From: Bacteroidia bacterium
GTDB lineage: Bacteria; Bacteroidota; Bacteroidia; Cytophagales; JAAEPT01
Reading direction: 5' to 3'
Assembly: GCA_030431525.1 (NCBI GenBank)
Contig: JAUIJC010000001.1
Coordinates: 5,901 to 69,900 of the forward strand
Length of the DNA: 64,000 bases
The position numbers and the translations under genes are program-made. Positions 18,493 through 27,500 of this stretch are shown piece after piece; within the stretch, counting starts at the first letter, position 1, and every line of letters starts with the position of its first letter. The notes below the pieces were generated by a model, which searched no databases, was not told the origin of the DNA, and was given only the letters and a program-made list of their open reading frames with translations.

Positions 18493-20175
18493 ATGTTCTT
18501 GTCTCAATACCTTCTCAGTAAAAATGCTGACGTCAAAACGGAGGTCTTTTCGGGCATGACCGTTGCGCTCGCGCTGGTCCCTGAAGCTGTCGCCTTTGCT
18601 TTCGTCGCCGGAGTTAGCCCTTTGGTTGGCCTTTATGCCGCCTTTATGGTTGGGCTTATCACTTCCCTTTTCGGCGGACGACCAGGCATGATTTCCGGTG
18701 CGACTGGTGCTATGGCCATTGTGATGGTTGCCTTAGTAAAGAAGGGCAACATAATTGAACCGGGAATGGGTGAGATTTACCTCTTTTTGACGGTAATCCT
18801 TACAGGACTAATTCAAATGACTATTGGTTTCCTAAAACTGGGGAAATTTGTCCGGCTCATTCCGCATCCAGTAATGATTGGTTTTGTAAACGGATTGGCT
18901 ATTGTAATTTTCACCTCTCAGTTAGGCATGTTTCAAGAATTTGAACTGACCGAACTTGGAAAAATTGCCACTGATCCGGAAACAGGTGAGAAAATCACAC
19001 ACTGGAGAACAGCAGAAACTCTCTACCCGATGATTGGCCTTGTTGGTTTGACCATGGCAATCATGTATTTTTTGCCAAAGGCCACCAAAAAAGTCCCTGC
19101 TGGGTTGGTTGCCATTCTTTCCGTAACCCTCATTGTTGTATTTAGCGGCATTGACACACCAACTGTAAAATCGTTTATCGAAAACGGCGGAGGTGACGGA
19201 ATGAAAGGTGGTTTGCCAGAGCTACAGGCAGACCTTTGGACAAAAATTCAATCAAGCTGGGCCTTCGACGCTACTTTTGAAGATGGTTCCAACAGCCCAA
19301 AATCATTCTGGCAAACTCTGTTATTCATCTTGCCTTATGCCTTTACCCTTGCCATGGTGGGTCTTATTGAATCGTTGATGACATTAACCTTGGTTGACGA
19401 CATCACCAACACACGTGGAAACGGTAACAAAGAATGTGTTGCCCAAGGCCTTTCCAACGTGGTAAACGGTTTCTTCGGTGGCATGGGCGGATGCGCCATG
19501 ATTGGCCAAAGCATGATCAACATCAAAGGTGGAGCACGCAGCCGCTTGTCTGGAATTGTGGCAGCCTTGGTACTTCTCTCCTTTGTTCTTTTCCTTTCTG
19601 CTTATATCGAGATGGTGCCAATCGCAGCTTTGGTTGGTATCATGTTCATGGTCGTTATCGGAACATTTGAATGGGCGACCTTTAAAATGCTTAACAAAAT
19701 TCCGAAGGAGGACGTACTTGTTATCCTTGCCGTCACTGGAATTACTGTTTACAAAGACCTCGCAGTTGCAGTTGGTGTGGGTATCGTTTTGTCCGCCTTG
19801 ATATTTGCGTGGAAACATGCAAAATCGATGGAAGCCAAGAAAGAAGTGCTTGATGATGAAACGAAAGTATATAAATTGGACGGCACACTTTTCTTCGCCT
19901 CAACCACCAGTTTCATGGAGTTGTTCGATGTGGAAAATGACCCTAAAAAGGTTATCATCGAGTTCAAAGATTCCCGTGTGGTGGACCACTCTGCCATTGA
20001 AGCCATTAACAATTTGACGGACAAATACCGCGCATTGGACAAGGAACTCACTTTGCGCTACTTAAGTGAGGATAGCATCAAATTGTTGGAAAACGCCGAG
20101 AAGATCATTGAGGTGAATGTGGATGAGGATCCTAAATATCGCGTGGCGGTGGATCCAGAATTGATGGAGGCGTAA
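18493..20175 (+). CDS. SulP-family anion transporter with C-terminal STAS domain
   Basis: FSGMTVALALVPEAVAFA SulP signature and a C-terminal STAS-like tail. The ORF track starts at a TTG at 18418, but the ATG at 18493 matches family N-termini. Confidence 0.8.
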   Translation: MFLSQYLLSKNADVKTEVFSGMTVALALVPEAVAFAFVAGVSPLVGLYAAFMVGLITSLFGGRPGMISGATGAMAIVMVALVKKGNIIEPGMGEIYLFLTVILTGLIQMTIGFLKLGKFVRLIPHPVMIGFVNGLAIVIFTSQLGMFQEFELTELGKIATDPETGEKITHWRTAETLYPMIGLVGLTMAIMYFLPKATKKVPAGLVAILSVTLIVVFSGIDTPTVKSFIENGGGDGMKGGLPELQADLWTKIQSSWAFDATFEDGSNSPKSFWQTLLFILPYAFTLAMVGLIESLMTLTLVDDITNTRGNGNKECVAQGLSNVVNGFFGGMGGCAMIGQSMINIKGGARSRLSGIVAALVLLSFVLFLSAYIEMVPIAALVGIMFMVVIGTFEWATFKMLNKIPKEDVLVILAVTGITVYKDLAVAVGVGIVLSALIFAWKHAKSMEAKKEVLDDETKVYKLDGTLFFASTTSFMELFDVENDPKKVIIEFKDSRVVDHSAIEAINNLTDKYRALDKELTLRYLSEDSIKLLENAEKIIEVNVDEDPKYRVAVDPELMEA

Positions 20176-20201
20176 ACAACTAAAGCGTTTTCTATTTCAA
20201 G

Positions 20202-20238
20202 AGCCCTCAAGCCTCATCGCTTGGGGGCTGTTCTTTTT
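20202..20238 (+). terminator. putative intrinsic terminator of the SulP gene
   Basis: AGCCCTCAAGC...GCTTGGGGGCT stem (one G-U pair) followed by TTCTTTTT. Overlaps the 3' end of the convergent MscS gene. Confidence 0.45.
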
Positions 20239-22708
20239 CATCCTCCTCCTTTTTAGGACTTGTTCCATCAGGATTAAGCAACTTGACATCGATTTTTTGG
20301 AACGGTACCTCAATATTCTCACGCTGGAGCGCAGCGTAAATCTCCACAGTTACATCACTCTGGGTTTTCAGGAAAGAAGCTTCCTTAGTCCAAAAGTGAA
20401 GTAGGAAATCCAAGGAGGAGGCTCCAAAGCCTTTGAAATACACACTGACTGGAGGGTAATGCAACACGCCATCCACATCACGGACGGCATCTTTCACCAG
20501 TTCAATAATCTCCTTTGGGTTGTTGCCATAGGCCACGGGCACATTCACCCCATATCGACGCGTCCCATCCGTAGGCGTCATGTTCACCAATTCCTTTGAA
20601 ATCAAATCATTGTTCGGGACGCTGACCATTGCTCCCTCAAATGTTTCCACATCACTAGCTCGAATGCCCACTTTGTGGATAATCCCCATTCGATCCCCTA
20701 ACAGAACCACATCACCCTTTTTAACGGGGCGCTCAAACAGCAGTACCAAACCTGCCACAAAATTGCTCACCACATTTTGCAAACCGAAGCCTATACCCAC
20801 ACTCAAGGCACCAACCAAGAAGTTCACGCGGTCCATATCCACGCCTGACGCCCCAATTGCTACAAAGAAGCCCAACACGATCAGGCCATATTTGCTGACC
20901 ATGGCCACGGCATTGGGAACGCCTCGCTTCATGTTAAAATGCGGAAGCACCTCCTCCTCCAAAAGCAACCGAAGGAAATTTGCCAAAATCACAATCACCA
21001 CCATCACCAAGAAGAAGATGCTGATGTCTTTGATTGCAATGTGCGCCTCTCCAATGATGAATTCCAATCGATAGAAATTGCTCAGCCATTCAATAAAAAT
21101 CCCCCTCAAGTTCAGCTCAAAAAGAATGGCCTGAATCCATAACAGAACAATAATGAGGTGAAGAATTTTAGTGAAACCTGTAAAAAACCTCGCACCGTAT
21201 TCTCGGACCAACACAAACTGTCGCAAGGGCTTCCAGTGCAACAGACGCCAAATAAAACGGTTTAGAATCCGTGAGGTGAGCTCAAACAAGATTACATAGT
21301 AAAACGCACTGATGATGGTGTGTGTGATGTAATGTGAAAAGAGTGAAAACCCAAAAAGATTGGCGATAAACGAAATGCCAAAAAGAATGGGGAGCAACCA
21401 CGTGATTTTATGCAACCAGACCCACCATTGGGGGCCGTCCTTGAAACGGAGTAATCGACGGTTTCTGTAAAGAAATACAGCCCCAAGGAAGGCCAAGGTG
21501 GTTAGCACCTGAAGCAGGATGCGATATATACGCAAGTCTGCCGAGACCATGATCAAAAACAGATCAAACAGGATAAGAAAAAGCAGACAGAAAAATGGGA
21601 ACCACTGTATCTTTCGGAGATAGGTGAGCACCAAAAAGGCAATGGGAATCAGGGTTACCATCCTCAACATCTCGTTGAGAATAAGTGACATGGATTCGTA
21701 CAGGTAAAATGCCGACATCGTTGCCAGCAACAAAGCAGAAAGCCCCGGCACCACCAACACTTCAATGTAGGTGACATTACAGGGAAATACCTCCTCTTCT
21801 AACTGCCCCTTTCGAAGAAATAGAAAGAGGCCATAAATCAACACAAAAAACAAGGCTTCGAGAAAAACCCTGCCCTTCCGTCGTTTCCAAAGGCCTTCCA
21901 CTTCCAAATGAACAAATGACATTGTTTCCCCAAACACCTGAGTAAAACGGGAACTGTCAGCCTGTCCCTCATCAACCTTCCAAAGTGGCTCATAGGGCTC
22001 GGTAAACATAGACTCAAAGACACCCCTTGTCAGGTCATCCACCACATCCTGATACCTCCGAATGACCATCATCTCATTGCTCACTTCATTCAAGAGAGAA
22101 AAAGTAGTTACCAAGGAATCGGAGAGTCGTTCTTTGGAATAAGAAACGTCCTTTAGGATGTCCTCAATACGTGCAGAAATGTCTTCAGGCACATTTAGCT
22201 TGTCCGTAATATCTTTCGCCCTTTCAAAATAGGCATGATCATCCTTTAGGTATTCATACTCCTCATTCAATTGGTGCGCCCGGTCAGTCACATCCTCCTC
22301 TATCGTTCGAAAGCGTCGCTCATACACATCCCATTCACGCTTGATAATCTTCAGCTGTGTAATGGAAAAATGCTTTTGCTCAAACTTGCGAGTGTTCCGC
22401 TTCAACAAATTCAAATCTTGGGCAAATTCCTTATACCGCTCCCTGTAAAGATGAAGGGGTTTTTGAAGCTCAATAACACGCTCCACCTGCACCAGTCGCT
22501 TCTGAACTTCCTCCGCCCGCTGGTTAAAATTCGCAAAGCCCGTAGTAGCGCTAATACTGTCTCTTGAGTTTTGGATAGAGTCTGGAATTCCAAATTCCGT
22601 TGTAGACTCAGGACGGGTTCTCACAATTTGGTCCACCACACTTTGAGCGTTCGAAAAAAGGGGGAACTGAGCCAGCAACAAAAAACAAAGTAAAAGGCGG
22701 ATGGGCAT
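20207..22708 (-). CDS. MscS-family mechanosensitive channel (large, MscK-like) with periplasmic N-terminal domain
   Basis: Signal peptide, long coiled-coil periplasmic region, multiple TM helices and an MscS core (GDRMGIIHKVGIRASDVETFEGAMVSVPNN). Confidence 0.75.
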   Translation of the reverse strand: MPIRLLLCFLLLAQFPLFSNAQSVVDQIVRTRPESTTEFGIPDSIQNSRDSISATTGFANFNQRAEEVQKRLVQVERVIELQKPLHLYRERYKEFAQDLNLLKRNTRKFEQKHFSITQLKIIKREWDVYERRFRTIEEDVTDRAHQLNEEYEYLKDDHAYFERAKDITDKLNVPEDISARIEDILKDVSYSKERLSDSLVTTFSLLNEVSNEMMVIRRYQDVVDDLTRGVFESMFTEPYEPLWKVDEGQADSSRFTQVFGETMSFVHLEVEGLWKRRKGRVFLEALFFVLIYGLFLFLRKGQLEEEVFPCNVTYIEVLVVPGLSALLLATMSAFYLYESMSLILNEMLRMVTLIPIAFLVLTYLRKIQWFPFFCLLFLILFDLFLIMVSADLRIYRILLQVLTTLAFLGAVFLYRNRRLLRFKDGPQWWVWLHKITWLLPILFGISFIANLFGFSLFSHYITHTIISAFYYVILFELTSRILNRFIWRLLHWKPLRQFVLVREYGARFFTGFTKILHLIIVLLWIQAILFELNLRGIFIEWLSNFYRLEFIIGEAHIAIKDISIFFLVMVVIVILANFLRLLLEEEVLPHFNMKRGVPNAVAMVSKYGLIVLGFFVAIGASGVDMDRVNFLVGALSVGIGFGLQNVVSNFVAGLVLLFERPVKKGDVVLLGDRMGIIHKVGIRASDVETFEGAMVSVPNNDLISKELVNMTPTDGTRRYGVNVPVAYGNNPKEIIELVKDAVRDVDGVLHYPPVSVYFKGFGASSLDFLLHFWTKEASFLKTQSDVTVEIYAALQRENIEVPFQKIDVKLLNPDGTSPKKEEDEKEQPPSDEA

Positions 22709-22765
22709 TAGGGAGAAACTGCTAGTGGTTTCCTTAGGAGTACGTTTTTTAGCCTACAGGGATAC

Positions 22766-22804
22766 ACAAAAAAGGGTGAGAGAAACATGTTTCCCCCACC
22801 CTTT
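22766..22804 (-). terminator. intrinsic terminator after WD40 gene
   Basis: On the minus strand, AAGGGTG-(18 nt)-CACCCTT followed by TTTTTT. Confidence 0.55.
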
Positions 22805-22824
22805 CACAATGTTTTAATGGAAAT

Positions 22825-23766
22825 CTATTTCACTTCCCAAGCCTTAATGGTTCGGTCATCACCCGTAGAAATCAGCGCGTTTTCAAAGGTGCTCCAAAGC
22901 ACGCTGTTAACGGAGTTTGCATGAGCATCCTCGTGCTTGGGCTTACTGATATTGAGTAGCAACTCTAATTCGTTGGTTTCCCACACCTTCACAGACTTAT
23001 CCATACTTCCTGTGGCAAAACTGCTTCCATCTGGACTGAAGGAGATGCTGTAAATGGCGTAGTTGTGTGCAGGAATTCGCTTCACCATGGCATAGTCCTT
23101 TTCCACATCCCAAAGATTTAGATGGGCATCACGAGAACCTGAAATCAAGTATTTTCCATCGGGCGTATAGCGCAAAACCGTCACCGAAAAATCAGCTTGG
23201 TGACCTTCGCAAGATTGCTTTTCCTCAAAGCTGTCCAAATCAAAAATGCGAACCGTTCCATCCCCGCAACCCAAGGCAAATTCACGGCGCTCCAATTGGA
23301 AATCCATGGAACGAAGCCGTTTTTCCGACACCCGCTTTGCCTTAATCAAACTGAAATCTTCGAGGGACCAGACGGAAAACGAGCCATCCCCAGAAAGAAC
23401 AAAGAAACAGTCCTTCTCCTCCCAATACTGAATGTCAAAAATGACCATCTGGTGAAACTGAATCAGCTTCACCTCCTTTTTCTGGGCCAAATCAATGACA
23501 TGAACCCCGCCATTGAAATTTCCGACCAACAATAGATTCCTTTGGGGAATGTACTTGATGGCAAAGGCCTTCATCGGCAACTTGGCCACCGCACGACTGG
23601 ATTTTGGATTCGTCAAATCCCACTCAACAATCAGGTTGTCATTGCTTCCCGAAAAGAAAAGATGAGGCTCCGCCCCCTGTTCAAGGGTATAAATTGACCC
23701 TTCATGCCCATCAAACTGCTTGATTTTCTTCGCCTTGGGATAATAGAGTTTCCGCACCTTTGTCAT
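22825..23766 (-). CDS. WD40 repeat protein
   Basis: 313-aa ORF with repeated ...GS.D..v.vWd WD-like units (SGSNDNLIVEWD, SGSRDAHLNLWD, TGSMDKSVKVWE, TGDDRTIKAWE). Confidence 0.75.
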   Translation of the reverse strand: MTKVRKLYYPKAKKIKQFDGHEGSIYTLEQGAEPHLFFSGSNDNLIVEWDLTNPKSSRAVAKLPMKAFAIKYIPQRNLLLVGNFNGGVHVIDLAQKKEVKLIQFHQMVIFDIQYWEEKDCFFVLSGDGSFSVWSLEDFSLIKAKRVSEKRLRSMDFQLERREFALGCGDGTVRIFDLDSFEEKQSCEGHQADFSVTVLRYTPDGKYLISGSRDAHLNLWDVEKDYAMVKRIPAHNYAIYSISFSPDGSSFATGSMDKSVKVWETNELELLLNISKPKHEDAHANSVNSVLWSTFENALISTGDDRTIKAWEVK

Positions 23767-24003
23767 CTGCTTCGGGGAGTTTATTGAGAGGATACAAAGT
23801 TACAGCTGGAAATTGCTAAGAGCAACTGGTGTTGGGGTGGGGCTCAATGCTCTAAGTTTGGTAGGTATAAAACCTACCGCTATAGACTATGCATGGATTG
23901 CGTAGGCTGTCTCCATAGCGTCATCCGCCAGCTGGCGGATGACGTTTTAGAAGGTTATTATACAACAGAACCCTACGCCCAAATTACTCTTCAAGTAAAA
24001 TAA

Positions 24004-24564
24004 TTACGTCCTATCCACCTTACTTATCGGCACATCAACCCATCGTGATACTTCCACCGCCAAACCCTCTATTTTCTTATAATCGGTACTTTCATGAATT
24101 AATACCGATTTCCTCTTTGTACTAAACTTAAAATATACTCGATGCAATAATTCTGTTGATGAATAAGTCGTTACAGCCCTCGCACCAACGGTCTTTTGCT
24201 TTGTCACTTTTCCACTGGCCAAAAGCACTCTATTTGGATTCCCCACAACCTCTGAAGTTGAAAAAATAGGGATACCAAATACTCCTGTAACCGTTTTCAA
24301 GACAACCCCTTTTACTGGGGTGTAGAATAACTTCAACTTGGTTGTATTGAAAAACTTAAACGTCGTGCCGAGAAAAAATAAAATACTAAACACCAAAAAA
24401 ATGAGATCATCCATGGTCACAAGGACCATGAATAAAGACATTGGCCAAAACAGAAGTCCAAGTAAAACTCTTGACCAAACCTTATCAATGACCCAAAAAC
24501 TTATACCTTTCTTGTTTTGTATTCCCATAATTAAACAACCCCACCCAAAATATGGGCGGGGCAT
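24004..24564 (-). CDS. 2-TM membrane protein with C-terminal beta-rich domain (possibly bacterial PH-like)
   Basis: Two N-terminal hydrophobic helices then a ~110-aa soluble domain. Lies 9 bp downstream of the giant AAA gene. Alternative start at 24528. Confidence 0.45.
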   Translation of the reverse strand: MPRPYFGWGCLIMGIQNKKGISFWVIDKVWSRVLLGLLFWPMSLFMVLVTMDDLIFLVFSILFFLGTTFKFFNTTKLKLFYTPVKGVVLKTVTGVFGIPIFSTSEVVGNPNRVLLASGKVTKQKTVGARAVTTYSSTELLHRVYFKFSTKRKSVLIHESTDYKKIEGLAVEVSRWVDVPISKVDRT

Positions 24565-24573
24565 ATCAAATCA

Positions 24574-27500
24574 TTAATCAACTTCCTGACCGTACACCAC
24601 CTTTTTTGGCTTCCAAACCACTTCAAGCTCCTCCAAGGCCTTTGACTTCAATAGAATATCTCGGTCCAAGAACTTGTTGTAAGCCATCTGTGCGGACCAC
24701 GTGCAGGCGCTGTTTGGCTCCAAACCTTCATCGAAACTCAAATCGAGCTGGTGAATGTTCTCCCCGAACTCATCGCAGAATTCCACGGTACCCGAGAAGC
24801 CCTGCAAGGCTTTGTCCGTCTTGTTTTCAAAAGCGAACTCATAGGTGATAAAGCCCATATTATTCTCCTCGGAAAAACCTTTTTCGGTAACGGTTACGGC
24901 AATTTGGGTGCGCAAGGCCTCCAATTTCGTTTCCTCTTCTTGAAGGGCCTTTTGCACCAAAAACTTGCGCTCTTCAGCTTCCTTTAGGCGTTTTTCCTGC
25001 ACCTCCTGCTCATGATTGATGCGCTTGTCCTGCAACTCCTTTTGGCGGATAATCTCAGAAGTGATGCGCTCTTGGTTATCTCCCAATCGCTTGAGCACCT
25101 CCAATAATTCAGGAGCCGGAGCGGATGGCGCCTGTTCCACCTTCACCTCAACAGGCAACGGTTTTGGCTCCTCTTTCTTGACAACCTCAGGAAGCTGTTT
25201 TGGTTTGTCGGCCAAGTTCTTAGCGATGGCGCCAAGCCCTTGGGAGAGCTCTTCCAACTGAATCAAGACCTGCCCCATCTCATTGCCTGCACCCAAGCTG
25301 TTGAGCTTATTGTTTCGGACAAAAGTGTCTTTGATGTCAGCCCAACGTTGCTTTTCCTCGTCGGTAATCCAACCCACCATTTCTTTGAACTTGAGCAGGT
25401 TGGCCTCGGCACCTGTGGTCAAGGTTTGGGACTCGCCCTCGTAATGAGACATGATTAACTCATCGAGCTCCTTGTCGTTCATCACAGGAAGCACCTTCTC
25501 GACAATCTTGTTCATGTTCCGGTAAGAGCCCTGTAACTTGAATGGAGGCTCGGTACGATAGGCGTCGTTTTGGCTCGCCGATTTGATGTATTCAAGGTTC
25601 ACCCTCAAAATCACATCACGAACGGTGAGCATTTTTTTCAACACATTGACATACTCGTTGATTTCCTCTACCGAGTGATTCGCCTCGAACTCAATGCCGT
25701 CTTGGCTTCCCGTTTCGGCAATCTTAATCAAGCCATACAAATCAGACTTGCTCTTGCCTGACAGCTTGTTCAACACAGGGTTTGAGGTCAGGCTGTTCTC
25801 CAAATAACTCAGTTTGAACACATCAGCGCTGTCGCCAATGATGTCACCCAAGTTGTAGATGTCGGCACGGTTGGCCAACATGTCCGGAATCTGGAACTTG
25901 TCACCGCTCTCCGTGTACGGGTTGCCCGCCATGACCACAGCCACCTTTCGCCCACGGAAATCATAGGTTTTCGGACGGCCTTTGTACACACCCTCAATCT
26001 TCCGTTGGCCATCACAAAGCGAGATGAATTTCTGCAAGAACTCAGGGTGACAGTGTTGGATATCGTCAAGGTAAATCATGACGTTGTCCCCCATCTCAAA
26101 GGCAAGGTTCAACTTCTTGAGCTCTTCCTTGGCTCCGGCGTTATTCGCCGAAGAAGGGTCCACGCTGGTCACTTCATGGCCCAAAGCCGGACCGTTAATC
26201 TTCATGAAGACAATGCCCAAACGGTTGGCCACGTACTCCATCAAGGTGGTTTTACCGTATCCCGGAGGGGAAATCAGTAGCAACAAACCCATCTGGTCGG
26301 TTCGCTTGTTCTCGCCGGCCGTGCCCATCTGCTTGGCCAAGTTGGCGCCAATCAATGGCAAATAAAGTTTGTCAATCAGCTTGTTTCGCACAAAGGAGCT
26401 CATCACACGAGGCTTGAACTCGTTGAGCTTCATGTTGTCCTCAAACTCCTTAATGCACGTCTTTTTGGCTTCAAGGAAGGCCTCATAACGAGGCACATGA
26501 TTGAGGGCATATTGGCTCAGCTTCTCGGGGAAGGCATAGAAATCCAAGGCATATTGCTGGCTATCCAAAAGCTTATGTGACCCTTGAAGTCCATCCAACA
26601 CACGCGTTGTCTCCAAATGATGAAGCTCTTTTGGCTGGCCAGTCTCCAACAGCAACAGGGCCGTTTCATCAATGTAGGCCTCGGCAGATTCATGGTCACG
26701 GCTTGAATCAAAGGCGCGCAACCACTGACGCAACAGACCAAACTGCCCTTCAAAATTGCCTTCCAGACGATTGAGTGACTCCTCAAAAGCTGGCTTTACG
26801 TGCTGGTCTTGCAGGAAGCTCAGGAAATCATCGTGGAACAATCCCGCCTTGCCCATGGTCACAAATTCCGTTGCGCCTTGGGTCAATTCCTCAAAGAGAT
26901 AGGCGGAAGAATCCTGAACGTTTGAGGTATCAAATAAGGAAGAAGCATTGGCAAAATCATTAATGGCCTCTGCCAATTCAGCTTTCAACCCCTCGAACTC
27001 CTTACTGTTTGGAAATGCCTGCAAAACAAGGCCTGCTCCCTGAACTTGCTTCTCCAACTCAGCCTTTCGCTCATCCTCGCCATACAACCAAAAGGCTTTG
27101 GCCAAGGAGCGAATCGCTGGACTATATTTTAACAACTTGGCCTCAATGGTAATTTCCACCAAAGCACCAAGAATAATGGCTGTGTCATGGTCATGGACAC
27201 CCTTTACGTAGCCCTCGTTATAGCGAACCGCCATAAACTTCTGGACCACGGCCACCAATTCCTTTTGAGTAAGGTTATGAAGTTGCTCCAAATTGGGCAC
27301 CTCTCCTTCTCCAGCGTGCTCCAGCACTTGATAAGCCAAGTATTCGGCGCGATAGACTTGGTCATTTTCAGACACCAAACTTTGCTCCCAAAGCGCCTTG
27401 TCGCTTACCAAGGCCTCTTCGGTCACTTGCTCAAAGAAGTTGGTTCCCGCCAAATGGTAAAATAGCCCGCCATCACGATTCACCATCGAAAGCGCTGGCG

